Source: a virus (taxonomy: Duplodnaviria; Caudoviricetes). From it: a stretch of DNA of 53,478 nucleotides. Where the stretch lies: positions 1 to 53,478 of the IMG/VR virus record IMGVR_UViG_3300020020_000038; one strand, given 5' to 3'. The notes beneath the pieces are model-generated. The model did no database searches and was not told where the DNA came from. It saw only the letters and a list, made by a program, of their open reading frames with translations. Below, one piece after another: positions 7,223 through 16,469 of the stretch; position 1 is the stretch's first letter, and each line of letters opens with the position of its first letter. The translations under genes were made by a program, and so were the position numbers.

Positions 7223-8388
7223 CAGGTGCCGGCGAACTCGTGCGGCCGGGCGATGACGTCCCAGAACGACTGCTCGATCTCGGTCTGGCGATCACCATCA
7301 GACACCGTCTGAGCGGCGGCAGTGAACGACTGGCCGAGCCCGAACACCGACACGTCGCCGGACTTGACGAAACAGTTCAGCGCGGCGTCAACCTCCTCAT
7401 CGGTGAACCCCAGCTTGACCTGGGCAACCTCCATCGCCTTGGTGACGTTGGCGACTTCGACACCCTTCGCCTTGCCCATCTCGGTGATGAGGCCACGGAG
7501 GTAGTCCTCGGAGCAGAACTGGTTGACGGCGTCGGCCATGCGGGACTCGACCAACTCCAGCGACTTCCGCTTGGTGTCCTGCGACCAGACGACGAGACCC
7601 TCGTCGAGGCGGCCGCCGAGGTGGACGGAGCGGATCATGTCGGCCTTGCGGACCATGCCGTTGCGGCAACGGAGGATGAACGCACGGGGGGCGACGGAGG
7701 CGGCACCGCCACCGGTCTCGGAGTTGGAGATTTCCAGGCCGGCCCAGATGACATCACCGACCTGATGGTCACCGACGAGACCGGGCGGCATGTAGCCGGT
7801 GTCGCTCCACGGGGAGCGGTAGTCGCCGAGCAGCTCCGGCGCGGCGACGGCGATCTGTGGGATGGCGATACAGAGACGGAACCGGTCGTCAGTCCAGTCA
7901 CCTTCGACGTGGCAGCCGCCGATGTCGATGTTGGCGCGGGCAGCGCCACGGACGGCGGCGGTGAGGACGTCGAGGTTGTCGATCGCCTGGTAGCCGTTGG
8001 ACAGTGTGGCCCGCACCTTGCACACCGATCCGCCGTCACCTGGGTCCTGGCGGAGCATCCGGTAGAGGGTGGGTTTGTTGGTGGCACGGGAACGCTCGTT
8101 GAGGTTGGTGATGAGCAGGCCGGGTTGATGCGCGGCGAGGAAGTCGACGTACTTCAGGGGGATGTCGAACCGGTCGGCTTGCTGACGGAGGGCGGTCCGG
8201 GTGAACTCGATGGGCACCTCGGTGTAGGCGCCGTCCTCAGTGAAGATCGGCTCAGTGAGCGTCATGGTTCCGGCAGCGTGGTCGATGGCGGTGGATGGGG
8301 CGACGACATCGACAGCGGCGGCGGCGACGTCACGGAGACGTCCCGTGATCGTGCCCATGTCGTGTTCGTGGCGCAGGGACTGATGCAT
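7222..8388 (-). CDS. DUF932-family phage protein
   Basis: RATLSNGYQAIDN, AGLEISNSETGGGA, ILRCRNGM and HLGG motifs. Confidence 0.75.
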   Translation of the reverse strand: MHQSLRHEHDMGTITGRLRDVAAAAVDVVAPSTAIDHAAGTMTLTEPIFTEDGAYTEVPIEFTRTALRQQADRFDIPLKYVDFLAAHQPGLLITNLNERSRATNKPTLYRMLRQDPGDGGSVCKVRATLSNGYQAIDNLDVLTAAVRGAARANIDIGGCHVEGDWTDDRFRLCIAIPQIAVAAPELLGDYRSPWSDTGYMPPGLVGDHQVGDVIWAGLEISNSETGGGAASVAPRAFILRCRNGMVRKADMIRSVHLGGRLDEGLVVWSQDTKRKSLELVESRMADAVNQFCSEDYLRGLITEMGKAKGVEVANVTKAMEVAQVKLGFTDEEVDAALNCFVKSGDVSVFGLGQSFTAAAQTVSDGDRQTEIEQSFWDVIARPHEFAGT

Positions 8389-8400
8389 TGGTTCCCCTCT

Positions 8401-8461
8401 CAGGGTTCGGTGGTGGTTAACAACCCTGATTATAGACGAGGGGTGTAACGGAAGTAAACCC
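8401..8461 (-). promoter_or_regulatory. Repeated sigma70-type promoter, copy 3, with 5' UTR hairpin
   Basis: GGG-TTTACT-N18-TATAAT; the leader has a 7-bp CAGGGTT/AACCCTG stem at 8401-8428. Confidence 0.75.
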
Positions 8462-8463
8462 TT

Positions 8464-8874
8464 TTATTCTTTGGGGCGGCGGAGCAGATCGAGGAACGAC
8501 GGAGGACGCTCCTGCTTCTTGCCGATCGAGGAGAACGCCATCCGGATACTTTGCACGAGGAACTCGGAAGCGATGTCGTCGGCGGCGGACTCACTGAACC
8601 CGGCCTCGATGAGTTGCTTGCGGGTGCCAGTGGCGAGGTCGACGAACCCGGAGAACAAGTCGCCCATCGACATGAGGGCGGCCCCGATGGGATTGGCTGG
8701 CGGAGTGTCGGGCGTTGAGGCTCTCACGTAGCCGGCGGCCTCGACCGCGCAGGCGTTGCAGAGGCCCGGGCCGCCACAACGAGCGATGTTGGTTGGGCGG
8801 TCGAGTGGGTACTGCGGCACGCCGGGGATGGCATGTCCGTGGGTGGTCCAGCCAGCCTTGATTGGGTCGGTCAT
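8464..8874 (-). CDS. Hypothetical actinophage-type protein
   Basis: HGH..ARCGGPGLCxxC motif. Confidence 0.65.
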   Translation of the reverse strand: MTDPIKAGWTTHGHAIPGVPQYPLDRPTNIARCGGPGLCNACAVEAAGYVRASTPDTPPANPIGAALMSMGDLFSGFVDLATGTRKQLIEAGFSESAADDIASEFLVQSIRMAFSSIGKKQERPPSFLDLLRRPKE

Positions 8875-9530
8875 CCCCAGGTCTCCTTGAGTAGTTGGTG
8901 GGCGGCGGTGAGGCGACGGAACTCGTCAGCGTCGCCGTTGCGGTCAGGATGCAGCTTGGCGGCGGCACGCCGATACAGGACGGTGCGGACTTCGGTGCGA
9001 CGTAGAGCGTCACGGGTGAACTCACCGGGGTGGTGCTGGAAGCGGAGCAGGAACGCGCCAGCATCATCAACGGACAGGACCGGCCCCATCGGGCGGGCGA
9101 GCTGAGTGAACCCAACGTACTGCTCACCACGACCAGCGATGCCGTACCGATCCACCGCTCGGAGCGCTTCGAGCCCGAGAGCGATCGCTCGGACGTTGGC
9201 CTGCCAACCCGGGGCCTGGCCGTACCAGGTGTCGGTGAAGGTGTCGCAGGCGTAGCGGAGCGGCCCGTGGCGGGAGTCGAACGAGACGACCACGCCAGGC
9301 GAGCGGACACGGGCGTCGGCGCGGATGCCGCCGTCGCGGCGCATCGCTGATTCGTCGGCTTGGACCTGGAGGACGATGGTGCCGCCGTCCCAGGTGGCGG
9401 AGAGGTTCTCGACCTCGGTACGGAGTTTGGTGAGCGTGCTGGTCCAGGTTGCCTTGAAGTTGTGGGAGCGGCGGGGCGCGGTGACGGGATCGGTCCATGC
9501 CGGCAACGGCCGGAACACGATGGCAGTCAC
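8871..9530 (-). CDS. C-terminal J-domain (DnaJ-like) protein
   Basis: YRRAAAKLHPDRNGDADEFRRLTAA contains the HPD motif. Confidence 0.8.
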   Translation of the reverse strand: MTAIVFRPLPAWTDPVTAPRRSHNFKATWTSTLTKLRTEVENLSATWDGGTIVLQVQADESAMRRDGGIRADARVRSPGVVVSFDSRHGPLRYACDTFTDTWYGQAPGWQANVRAIALGLEALRAVDRYGIAGRGEQYVGFTQLARPMGPVLSVDDAGAFLLRFQHHPGEFTRDALRRTEVRTVLYRRAAAKLHPDRNGDADEFRRLTAAHQLLKETWG

Positions 9531-9682
9531 GTCGAGACCAGGCGACGGATCAACACGGCGTGCCGTTCGGTGTAGTGGCGTTCCATCAGGTCATGCGCCT
9601 CGTCTGGCGTGACCGCTTGGACAACATGCGGGCACGCGAAGCAATGAACTGTGATCAGGTTGAACAATCGCCCCGCACTCAT
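9527..9682 (-). CDS. Small CxxC..H..H protein (51 aa)
   Basis: Hand-translated; ATGA and GTGA overlaps. Confidence 0.55.
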   Translation of the reverse strand: MSAGRLFNLITVHCFACPHVVQAVTPDEAHDLMERHYTERHAVLIRRLVST

Positions 9683-9960
9683 TGGTGGTGGCCGCCCATC
9701 GCTTGCGTGTAGGCGGCGACCGGAGGCAGATTCGGTGACACCGGCCCACCCGAACCGACATCAGGAGACGACTCAACCGAGATCGGCATGAGTCGAGCCG
9801 ATGGACGGAACAGCCGAGCGAACTCCTCCCGTTGCAACGTCAACGTCCCAGTGAACGCCTTGGTGCCGTCGACCGGACCGACATAGACCGACAACTTGAC
9901 GTGAGCAGGTGTGGAACCGTCCTCGTCAACACGGTAGTAGAGGGCGATGGGGGTAAGCAC
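9679..9960 (-). CDS. Hypothetical protein
   Basis: GTG lies 7 nt after a TAACGT -10 element. Confidence 0.55.
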   Translation of the reverse strand: MLTPIALYYRVDEDGSTPAHVKLSVYVGPVDGTKAFTGTLTLQREEFARLFRPSARLMPISVESSPDVGSGGPVSPNLPPVAAYTQAMGGHHQ

Positions 9961-9979
9961 CCCAGTAACGTTAGCAGGA

Positions 9980-11644
9980 TTAGCCAGCCCGAGCGGAACG
10001 CTTCCGGGCGATGTACTGACCGATGAGGTCGGACGCCTCCCCCTTGGTGCAGCCAGGCGGGATGTGGATGCCCCACTTGCTGAGTCGATCCCGTTGCGCC
10101 TTGGAGGGCCGGGCCTGCCGCCAGCGGGCATTCAGATCAGCGAGCCCGGAACCACCCGACCGGCGAACCATATCCTCGGCGACACCCTGCGCCATCTCCA
10201 GGGTGACGGCATCGACCAGGATTCGCTTGTCCCGGCCGCGCTGATGACCGGCACGCCACACGTCAGGCTCACGCTCAACGAGCACGAACCGCTCGAAGAT
10301 GCGGCTGCCGTCGTCAGCGGTTTCCGTGGCGCCGATGCTCAGCTCGTAGCGGCGCAGCTCACCCGGAGAGTGTGCGGAGACCCAGGCCATCTTGCCGGAC
10401 GACCGGACCTTGTCGAACAGCCGCGCCTCGGCAGCCAGGAGCCGGCCCTCACGCTCGTGCCGCTCAACCTGCTCACGGAGCGCCTCGGTGACCGTCATCG
10501 CTTCGCCGTCGGCCCAGACCCGGTTGGCTTGCTCGATGCCGAACAGCGACGGGATCGTCACGAGATCATGCTGGTCGGTGACACCGACAACATCGACGAC
10601 GAGACAGTCCTGCTTCTCCGGGTGGACGCGGGTGCCGCGGCCGACCATCTGCGTGTAGAGCGCACGGGACTTGGTGGGACGGGCGACGATGATGCAGTCG
10701 GTGCGAGGCTCGTCGTAGCCCTCGGTGAGAACCATGCAGTTGGCGAGGACGTCGAGGTCGCCACGGGCGTAGGAGGCGAGCACGGCACGCCGTTCGTCGA
10801 GGGGCATGGCGCCGTGCACGTGGCCGGCGCGGACACCGACCGCAGCGAACGCAGCTTCGACCTGAGCGGCAGTCGATACGGTCGGGGTGAACACGAGAGT
10901 GCGGCGACCCCGGGCGTGTTCGAGCCAGGCCCGAGCGATCAGGTTCGGCGCGTCAGCTTCCTCCAACATCTGGCCGGCCTGACCGACGTCGTAGTCACCG
11001 CCACGCACCTTCAAATCGCCGAGATCGGCTTGCATCTGCACACGGAGCCCACGCAGATCGGACAGAAACCCGCGAGCAATCCCCCAACGGATGTCATAGG
11101 ACCAGGTGATCTCGTCGAACAGATCATCCAGGCCCTTGCCGTCGCCACGGTCGGGGGTGGCGGTGACACCGAGGAGGAGTGGCCCATCCGGTTCGTCACA
11201 ACGTAACCCGTGCATGACGGACCGGTACGACTTGGCGGCGGCATGGTGCGCCTCGTCGATGACGACGAGCCCGAACGACGGAGCCTCGTCGATGAGAGTG
11301 GGGGCGAGCAGCCGAGCGAGCCGGTTGGGGCGGGACAACGTCTGCACCGACGCAACGACGACACGGTTGGCCACCTCGTCACGGTCACCCTTGACGATGC
11401 CGATGTCGGCGTCGGGCCACCACTCACGGACCCGGGCGGCAGCCTGCTCGATCAACTCATCACGGTGAGCGACGATGAGAGTGCGGACCCCGAGCCGGCG
11501 TGCGAGCGCCACGAAGATGCACGTCTTGCCGAGCCCGGTGGCGGCGACACCGAGCTGGCGGCGGACACCACGGGCAGCGGCAGCTTCTACCCGGTCGAGC
11601 GCCTCAGACTGATAGTCACGCAACGAGTACGTCGCTGTCTCCAT
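9980..11644 (-). CDS. Superfamily 2 DEAH-box DNA helicase
   Basis: LRDYQ, ATGLGKT, DEAHH, TATP, LTEGYD and QMVGRGTR motifs. Confidence 0.93.
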   Translation of the reverse strand: METATYSLRDYQSEALDRVEAAAARGVRRQLGVAATGLGKTCIFVALARRLGVRTLIVAHRDELIEQAAARVREWWPDADIGIVKGDRDEVANRVVVASVQTLSRPNRLARLLAPTLIDEAPSFGLVVIDEAHHAAAKSYRSVMHGLRCDEPDGPLLLGVTATPDRGDGKGLDDLFDEITWSYDIRWGIARGFLSDLRGLRVQMQADLGDLKVRGGDYDVGQAGQMLEEADAPNLIARAWLEHARGRRTLVFTPTVSTAAQVEAAFAAVGVRAGHVHGAMPLDERRAVLASYARGDLDVLANCMVLTEGYDEPRTDCIIVARPTKSRALYTQMVGRGTRVHPEKQDCLVVDVVGVTDQHDLVTIPSLFGIEQANRVWADGEAMTVTEALREQVERHEREGRLLAAEARLFDKVRSSGKMAWVSAHSPGELRRYELSIGATETADDGSRIFERFVLVEREPDVWRAGHQRGRDKRILVDAVTLEMAQGVAEDMVRRSGGSGLADLNARWRQARPSKAQRDRLSKWGIHIPPGCTKGEASDLIGQYIARKRSARAG

Positions 11645-11649
11645 AACCC

Positions 11650-12009
11650 CTACCAGAGAGCCGGGGTCGGCACCCCAGCCCGTTCATTACCACGCTTGCG
11701 CCCCCGCCCTCCCGTGTAGCCACGTTCAGCCGTTCGTATGGCGTGGTGGTTAGCACACACAACCTCACAGAGGTCCAGCACCGCCAGAATCCGCTCCTTG
11801 GACCAACTCCACTGGTAAGCACCACCGTCGGTGGTGGCGTCCTTGGTGACCCCAGGTGGATGATCGAACTCAAGCGCCGCCGGGTGCTCCCGGAACCCGC
11901 AATCCGCACAACCGCGAGCCACCTTGTACTCGTTCAACCAGGTCCGAACTTCCCGATGCTTCCGAGCCATGTACTTGCGATTGGCGGCACGAGAGCTAAC
12001 CGACTTCAT
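11650..12009 (-). CDS. HNH endonuclease
   Basis: CADCG..ALEFDH..CEVVCANHHAIRT; start placed at ATG 12009, 7 nt after TACAAT. Confidence 0.85.
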   Translation of the reverse strand: MKSVSSRAANRKYMARKHREVRTWLNEYKVARGCADCGFREHPAALEFDHPPGVTKDATTDGGAYQWSWSKERILAVLDLCEVVCANHHAIRTAERGYTGGRGRKRGNERAGVPTPALW

Positions 12010-12090
12010 AACCCCCATTGTAGACAGGCAGTGTCAGCGTCAACCGCCATAGATGCCGAGGGGCATGACCAGCGGGCGGGGCTGTGGGTG

Positions 12091-12384
12091 TCAGCGTCGG
12101 GCTTTGGCTTTGGAGCCACGGGGTCGGCCGGGCTTGCCCCGAGGCTTCGGGTTGTCAGCCTTGTTGAGGGTTTGCTGCACGGCGGCGGCGGTGAGACCGA
12201 ACGCCTCAGCAATCTCATCGAACGTCAACGGAGGCGCCAACGCCCGACCCTCTCGATACATGTGGACGCGTTGCACACGCAACGTCTCCTCCGTGGCGAC
12301 CGCCCTGCGGTGCCGCTCGTTCAGCTTGCGCATCCGGGTCAGGACAGCCTCCTGTTCCCGGGTGCGGCCGTTGGACTCGGGCAT
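12091..12384 (-). CDS. HTH DNA-binding protein
   Basis: LTFDEIAEAFGLTAAAVQQTL plus a basic tail. Confidence 0.7.
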   Translation of the reverse strand: MPESNGRTREQEAVLTRMRKLNERHRRAVATEETLRVQRVHMYREGRALAPPLTFDEIAEAFGLTAAAVQQTLNKADNPKPRGKPGRPRGSKAKARR

Positions 12385-12725
12385 CAGGCCTCCGCAGCCT
12401 CATCGGGGGCGGGGAAGCGGAGCACGCCGGACGCTTCCTCGATGGCGATGCGTTGCTCGTCGAGGACCTCTTTGACGAGGGACTCTTCGACGAGGGTGGC
12501 GACGCCGGCACGGATGGATTGCACACGGATCAGGCCACGTCCCTCGGATGCAGGTTGGAGGGTGACCCTGGTGACCTCGCCTTCGATGACGAGGTAGACC
12601 TTCTGGCCGAGCCGTAGCTCGTCGGGTGTGACCTTCATGGCTTCCGAGAGACCGTCACCGGCGTTGGTCACCTTGACCTTGCATTCGACAGTGTCGCGGC
12701 CCTCGAACTTGTGTAGTTGCCCCAC
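12384..12725 (-). CDS. Hypothetical protein
   Basis: GGAGG RBS; TGATG coupling downstream. Confidence 0.7.
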   Translation of the reverse strand: MGQLHKFEGRDTVECKVKVTNAGDGLSEAMKVTPDELRLGQKVYLVIEGEVTRVTLQPASEGRGLIRVQSIRAGVATLVEESLVKEVLDEQRIAIEEASGVLRFPAPDEAAEA

Positions 12726-12767
12726 CGGGTACCTCCGTGATCGGGTTTAGGGATTTACGTTAGCGCA

Positions 12768-13004
12768 CTATAGACAGTGGGCGACGGATTCACAGAGAGC
12801 ACCGGCACACGTACTGGCCCTCTTGCCCATCGGTTCACAAGGGGCGATGTCTTGACGACAGATGGAGCAGGTGCCTGGATAGCGGGCAGGCCAGCGCGCA
12901 ATGATCCGGGCGGCCGCCGTGGCTTCCCGTTGAGCGCGACCATTGCAGATAACGCAGGCAGCGACCGGGCCGAGTCCGTGGATGCAGTCGTCAGATTCGG
13001 TCAC
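12768..13004 (-). CDS. Cys-rich small protein
   Basis: CIHG..CVIC..CSIC. Confidence 0.5.
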   Translation of the reverse strand: MTESDDCIHGLGPVAACVICNGRAQREATAAARIIARWPARYPGTCSICRQDIAPCEPMGKRASTCAGALCESVAHCL

Positions 13005-13209
13005 CGTTGACACGTTCGATGCAGATGCGAGCCATGTAGACGGCACCGTTGGCAGCGTCGACGAGACGGGCACACTCGACAGGGCCGAGCTGGTTGAACG
13101 ATTCGACGTTGCAGTTGAGGACGATGGAAGCCCATTCGAGACGGTCGGCGCGGGTGATACAGAACTTGTTGCAGGCGATGAACACCTGCCGGAGCGCAGG
13201 ATCAGCCAC
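12991..13209 (-). CDS. Hypothetical protein
   Basis: GTG start overlapping the upstream gene end. Confidence 0.55.
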   Translation of the reverse strand: MADPALRQVFIACNKFCITRADRLEWASIVLNCNVESFNQLGPVECARLVDAANGAVYMARICIERVNGDRI

Positions 13210-13534
13210 GGTCTCGCAGCTCCGCCACCAGCGACACGCCGTCCAGTTCCACCACGGCTCCCCGCTTGCCTTCCTTGAACGCCGACCACAACGCCTTGAC
13301 CACCGGGATCGGGAGCCCGTTGAACCCGAGCTTCTGGAGAGCGTTGGTGAGGACGGCCAACGCTTCCAACTGATCCAACTCCTGTTCGCTGAACCACAAT
13401 CTGTTGCCGGAGCCGACGTTGCGACGTCCGTCGCCGAACACCCCGTTGGCTGCCCAGTAGTGGACGACCCGATGCGACGGGAGCTTCCATTCCTTGTGCA
13501 GCGTCCGCCACCGCCACTCGTGATACTCACCCAC
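13202..13534 (-). CDS. MerR-like HTH protein
   Basis: HRVVHYWAANGVF..GSGNRLWFSEQEL pattern. Confidence 0.6.
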   Translation of the reverse strand: MGEYHEWRWRTLHKEWKLPSHRVVHYWAANGVFGDGRRNVGSGNRLWFSEQELDQLEALAVLTNALQKLGFNGLPIPVVKALWSAFKEGKRGAVVELDGVSLVAELRDRG

Positions 13535-13631
13535 GGCGGTGGTGGTGGATGTGGGCGACCACGGCGGCGATGATGGATAGTCCGACGAGATACAGGTACC
13601 AGTCGACCAGCGACCACGACCCGTCAATCAC
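13527..13631 (-). CDS. Small single-TM protein (34 aa)
   Basis: MIDGSWSLVDWYLYLVGLSIIAAVVAHIHHHRRG; GTGA overlap. Confidence 0.5.
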   Translation of the reverse strand: MIDGSWSLVDWYLYLVGLSIIAAVVAHIHHHRRG

Positions 13632-13849
13632 CGGCGACCGGCTGTGCAAGTGGCGAAGTGGGGGAGATGGGCGACGCCTTCGGGGTTGGGATGTTCGGCG
13701 GAGACGACGGTGCAGCGCATCTTGCCGCCCTCCCAGCGGACGTACACGTTGCCGGCGGGATCGGGGACCGGATCGAGCGGCATCCGTTTCTTGCGGTCGG
13801 TGAGGGCGAACATGATCGGCTCACCACAGCGGCGACAGGTCGGAGTCAT
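13628..13849 (-). CDS. Phage CxxC..HFATC protein
   Basis: CRRCGEPI..MPLD..GNV..HFATC. Confidence 0.7.
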   Translation of the reverse strand: MTPTCRRCGEPIMFALTDRKKRMPLDPVPDPAGNVYVRWEGGKMRCTVVSAEHPNPEGVAHLPHFATCTAGRR

Positions 13850-14433
13850 GAGCGGTGAAGTTTGCAGACCGGACCGGAGTGGCCTTGGCGAATCCACAGG
13901 GCGGGACGCATGGCGCAGTGAGACCATGTGCAGTAATCCTCAGGATTCGGATGAAGCGGCGGCGGAGATTCGGCGAGCACGTGTTCCAGGTTCAAGGCGC
14001 CGGACGGGTACGGTTCGAGCCGGTCGAGCTTGATGATGACGCCGGTCCACTGCTGCCACACCTCCAATTTACAGACGTGACCGACGGCAATCCGGGCATC
14101 ATCGACGATCAGCCCGCCAGCCTTCAACGCGTCGGCGACCGCACGAGCCAGTTTCTCACGGTCCGGGGCAGTGTCCTTGTAGGCGACCCCGGCGGCACGA
14201 ACCTTCGCCGGCCGGGAGGGAGGCATCGGGAAGCGGAACGTCAACCAGAGTTGCAGCGGCCCGTCGAGACAGCCATGCACAGCGGCCTGCTCCCGGGCGG
14301 CATCGGCGACGTCGACACGCCACGCCTTCGTCTTCGGATTGGCCTCACGAACGAACCGGCGGCCGGTCTTGGTGACGCCGGGAACTTTGCTGCCCTGAGG
14401 GACCGGCACACCGAGGACGATGAACTCGATCAC
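13846..14433 (-). CDS. rusA: RusA-family Holliday junction resolvase
   Basis: GVPVPQGSK and PDREKLARAVADAL..IVDDARI. Confidence 0.88.
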   Translation of the reverse strand: MIEFIVLGVPVPQGSKVPGVTKTGRRFVREANPKTKAWRVDVADAAREQAAVHGCLDGPLQLWLTFRFPMPPSRPAKVRAAGVAYKDTAPDREKLARAVADALKAGGLIVDDARIAVGHVCKLEVWQQWTGVIIKLDRLEPYPSGALNLEHVLAESPPPLHPNPEDYCTWSHCAMRPALWIRQGHSGPVCKLHRS

Positions 14434-14711
14434 GTCTTGGCGGGGGTTCGAGGCGTCCGCTTGCGGGGGGTGAGAGAGTTGAGGACCCGCTCCGTCGTTT
14501 CCAGCTCGCCCCGCAGGTGTTGGATCGCAGTGTTGGCCCGCGCCCGGATTTCCTGATGGTTCTTGATCTGCCCCAGGAGCCAGTCGCGCTTGGTTTCCAG
14601 GTCCGCCTTCATCTTGCCGAGGTCGAGCACGTCCACCGGGGGGTTGGGCACGTTGTCTCGGAAGTTGTCAGACTCAATGTCGTAGGTGGGGGAATCGGCT
14701 GGAGTTGTCAT
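14430..14711 (-). CDS. Coiled-coil hypothetical protein (leaderless)
   Basis: TG-C-TAACGT-N8-ATG; heptad-like core. Confidence 0.65.
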   Translation of the reverse strand: MTTPADSPTYDIESDNFRDNVPNPPVDVLDLGKMKADLETKRDWLLGQIKNHQEIRARANTAIQHLRGELETTERVLNSLTPRKRTPRTPAKT

Positions 14712-14740
14712 ACCCGGTTACGTTAGCACAATTACCCGGG

Positions 14741-15439
14741 CTAGAAGTCGACCGGCGCCTCAGGCACCGGACGGCCCAGAGCCCGAGTCAGCGAACCGGT
14801 GAACCACTCCAGATCCGGCACCCGTTCAGCCTCCCGACACTGCTCCTCGTACGCTGCCTTGGCGATGGCGAGCCCAGTAGCCGGCGGCACCGGAGGCTCA
14901 GGGAACTCGGAGCACGGCGAATCCAGAGCGGGGCGATCCGTCCAACGCAGCATCCCGCGCACGGCATCGACACCGACATCGAGGGCGCTGAGCGGAGTGT
15001 CATCCAACCACTGGCGCAGCTTGCCGGGCTCGGAGAACACCTCCGCCAGGGCAGCGTTGCAGCGGCCACACGGCGACAGGCGACCGTCATCGGCCTTGAT
15101 CCAGCCGGACCCGTCGCACTGGGAGATGCACTCGGGGTAGCGGTGCCCACCGCCAGCCGACCGTTGGGCCTTGGCGATGATACGGAGCAGATCCATCGGC
15201 GACGGGAAGTACTCGGCGCCGTCACCGGCCATCCAAGCCGTTCCGGCATCACGGAAATCCTCGATGGACACACCGGAGCCCTGCATGATGTCGAGCCACA
15301 GATCCGTGGTTTGATCCTGCATCACCTCGTCTTGCCCTGTCCAGGGGGTGGGGCGGGGCTCGTACATGTAGCGGAGGTTCTTGATGGCGAGACTCATGTT
15401 GGCCCGGTAGAGGGCTTTGGCTTCGGCGGCACGGTTCAT
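14741..15439 (-). CDS. Probable helicase-loader-like replication accessory protein with Cys cluster
   Basis: Follows the initiator with an ATGA overlap; W..IM..F..A..W..FPSPMDL resembles G39P-like loaders; CxxxCDGSGW..CGRC. Confidence 0.45.
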   Translation of the reverse strand: MNRAAEAKALYRANMSLAIKNLRYMYEPRPTPWTGQDEVMQDQTTDLWLDIMQGSGVSIEDFRDAGTAWMAGDGAEYFPSPMDLLRIIAKAQRSAGGGHRYPECISQCDGSGWIKADDGRLSPCGRCNAALAEVFSEPGKLRQWLDDTPLSALDVGVDAVRGMLRWTDRPALDSPCSEFPEPPVPPATGLAIAKAAYEEQCREAERVPDLEWFTGSLTRALGRPVPEAPVDF

Positions 15440-16317
15440 TGGGTAGTCCCTTCAATGGCGTTGGTGGGCAGCGCCGGCTTGATGCCGAGCAGCGGACGAG
15501 AACCGAACTCTGGCCCAGGTGAACCCTCGCCGGCAAGAGCCCGGGCAACATCCCGACGGGCCTGCTCGGGGAGCGACAGGCGGCCGGTGCGCGCCGGCAA
15601 CGCCTCAACGTCATTCCACCGGTCCTGATGCAGCCACGTGGACGGATGCACGATGAACTGTGGTTTCGTCGCGGCCTGCTCCCACCAGACGACCCGCCTT
15701 TGGAGCCCGTCGATGATCGCCTCCGCAGGAGCACGCTTCACCGCACGCGCCCATTCCAGCTCGGCTGCACGTTTGCCGACCTTGCGCGGGTAGAGCTTCC
15801 AGAACTCCTCGAACGACGGTGGCCGGGGGGGTGCTTCAACATCCACGAGCACAAGTTCGCCGTCACCGTTGCAAGAACCGGAAAGAGTGTTAGAGGAGGA
15901 CGGTTCTAAGGATGGTTCATAGGACGGTTCGGGGGGCGCGGGAGGCACCCCCGTCGGGCCGTCGGAGGCACCCCCGCGGGGGGGCGCGGGAGGCACCCCC
16001 GTTGAGTTGGACGGGGGGGCGCGGGAGGCACCCCCGTCGAAGTGGATGGTGTAGCGGTTGGGGCGGCGGTCGCCGGGCGTGTCTTTGGAGCCGCCAGCGT
16101 TGATTTCGGTGGTGATGTAGCCGAGCGATTCCAGGGCGCGAAGCGCGATTCGGACGGATTTCTCAGTGATGCCGGCGTAGCGGGCGAGGGTGGCTTTGGA
16201 GGGCCAGGCTCCGCCGTCGCCGTCGTGGTTGGCGATGCCGATGAGGACGAGACGTTGAATGGGGGTGAGTTGGTCGTCGACGATGTTGAGTGCCCGGCTG
16301 ACGGACTCGATACTCAT
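15436..16317 (-). CDS. Phage replication initiator (N-terminal winged HTH)
   Basis: LVLIGIANH..AWPSKATLARYAG..NRYTI; C-terminal FEEFWKLYPRKVGK..HPSTWLHQDRW; internal repeats. Confidence 0.85.
   Translation of the reverse strand: MSIESVSRALNIVDDQLTPIQRLVLIGIANHDGDGGAWPSKATLARYAGITEKSVRIALRALESLGYITTEINAGGSKDTPGDRRPNRYTIHFDGGASRAPPSNSTGVPPAPPRGGASDGPTGVPPAPPEPSYEPSLEPSSSNTLSGSCNGDGELVLVDVEAPPRPPSFEEFWKLYPRKVGKRAAELEWARAVKRAPAEAIIDGLQRRVVWWEQAATKPQFIVHPSTWLHQDRWNDVEALPARTGRLSLPEQARRDVARALAGEGSPGPEFGSRPLLGIKPALPTNAIEGTTQ
15931..16037. repeat. Iteron-like direct repeats (probable replication origin)
   Basis: Three copies of GGGGGGCGCGGGAGGCACCCCCGT plus one partial GGAGGCACCCCCG in the initiator linker. 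Confidence 0.75.
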
Positions 16318-16469
16318 GCAATTCCTCCAGTTCGGTGCCGGAGGGGGCTAGAGTGAGCCACCTTCGGCGTCGCAACCGTGAAGTTTAGCCCCGGCCACCA
16401 GAGCCCGCCGCGCTGGGAGGCCGGGGCGAACTTTAACCCCGGTTCTGTTATCGGGCTATAGTTCACGGC

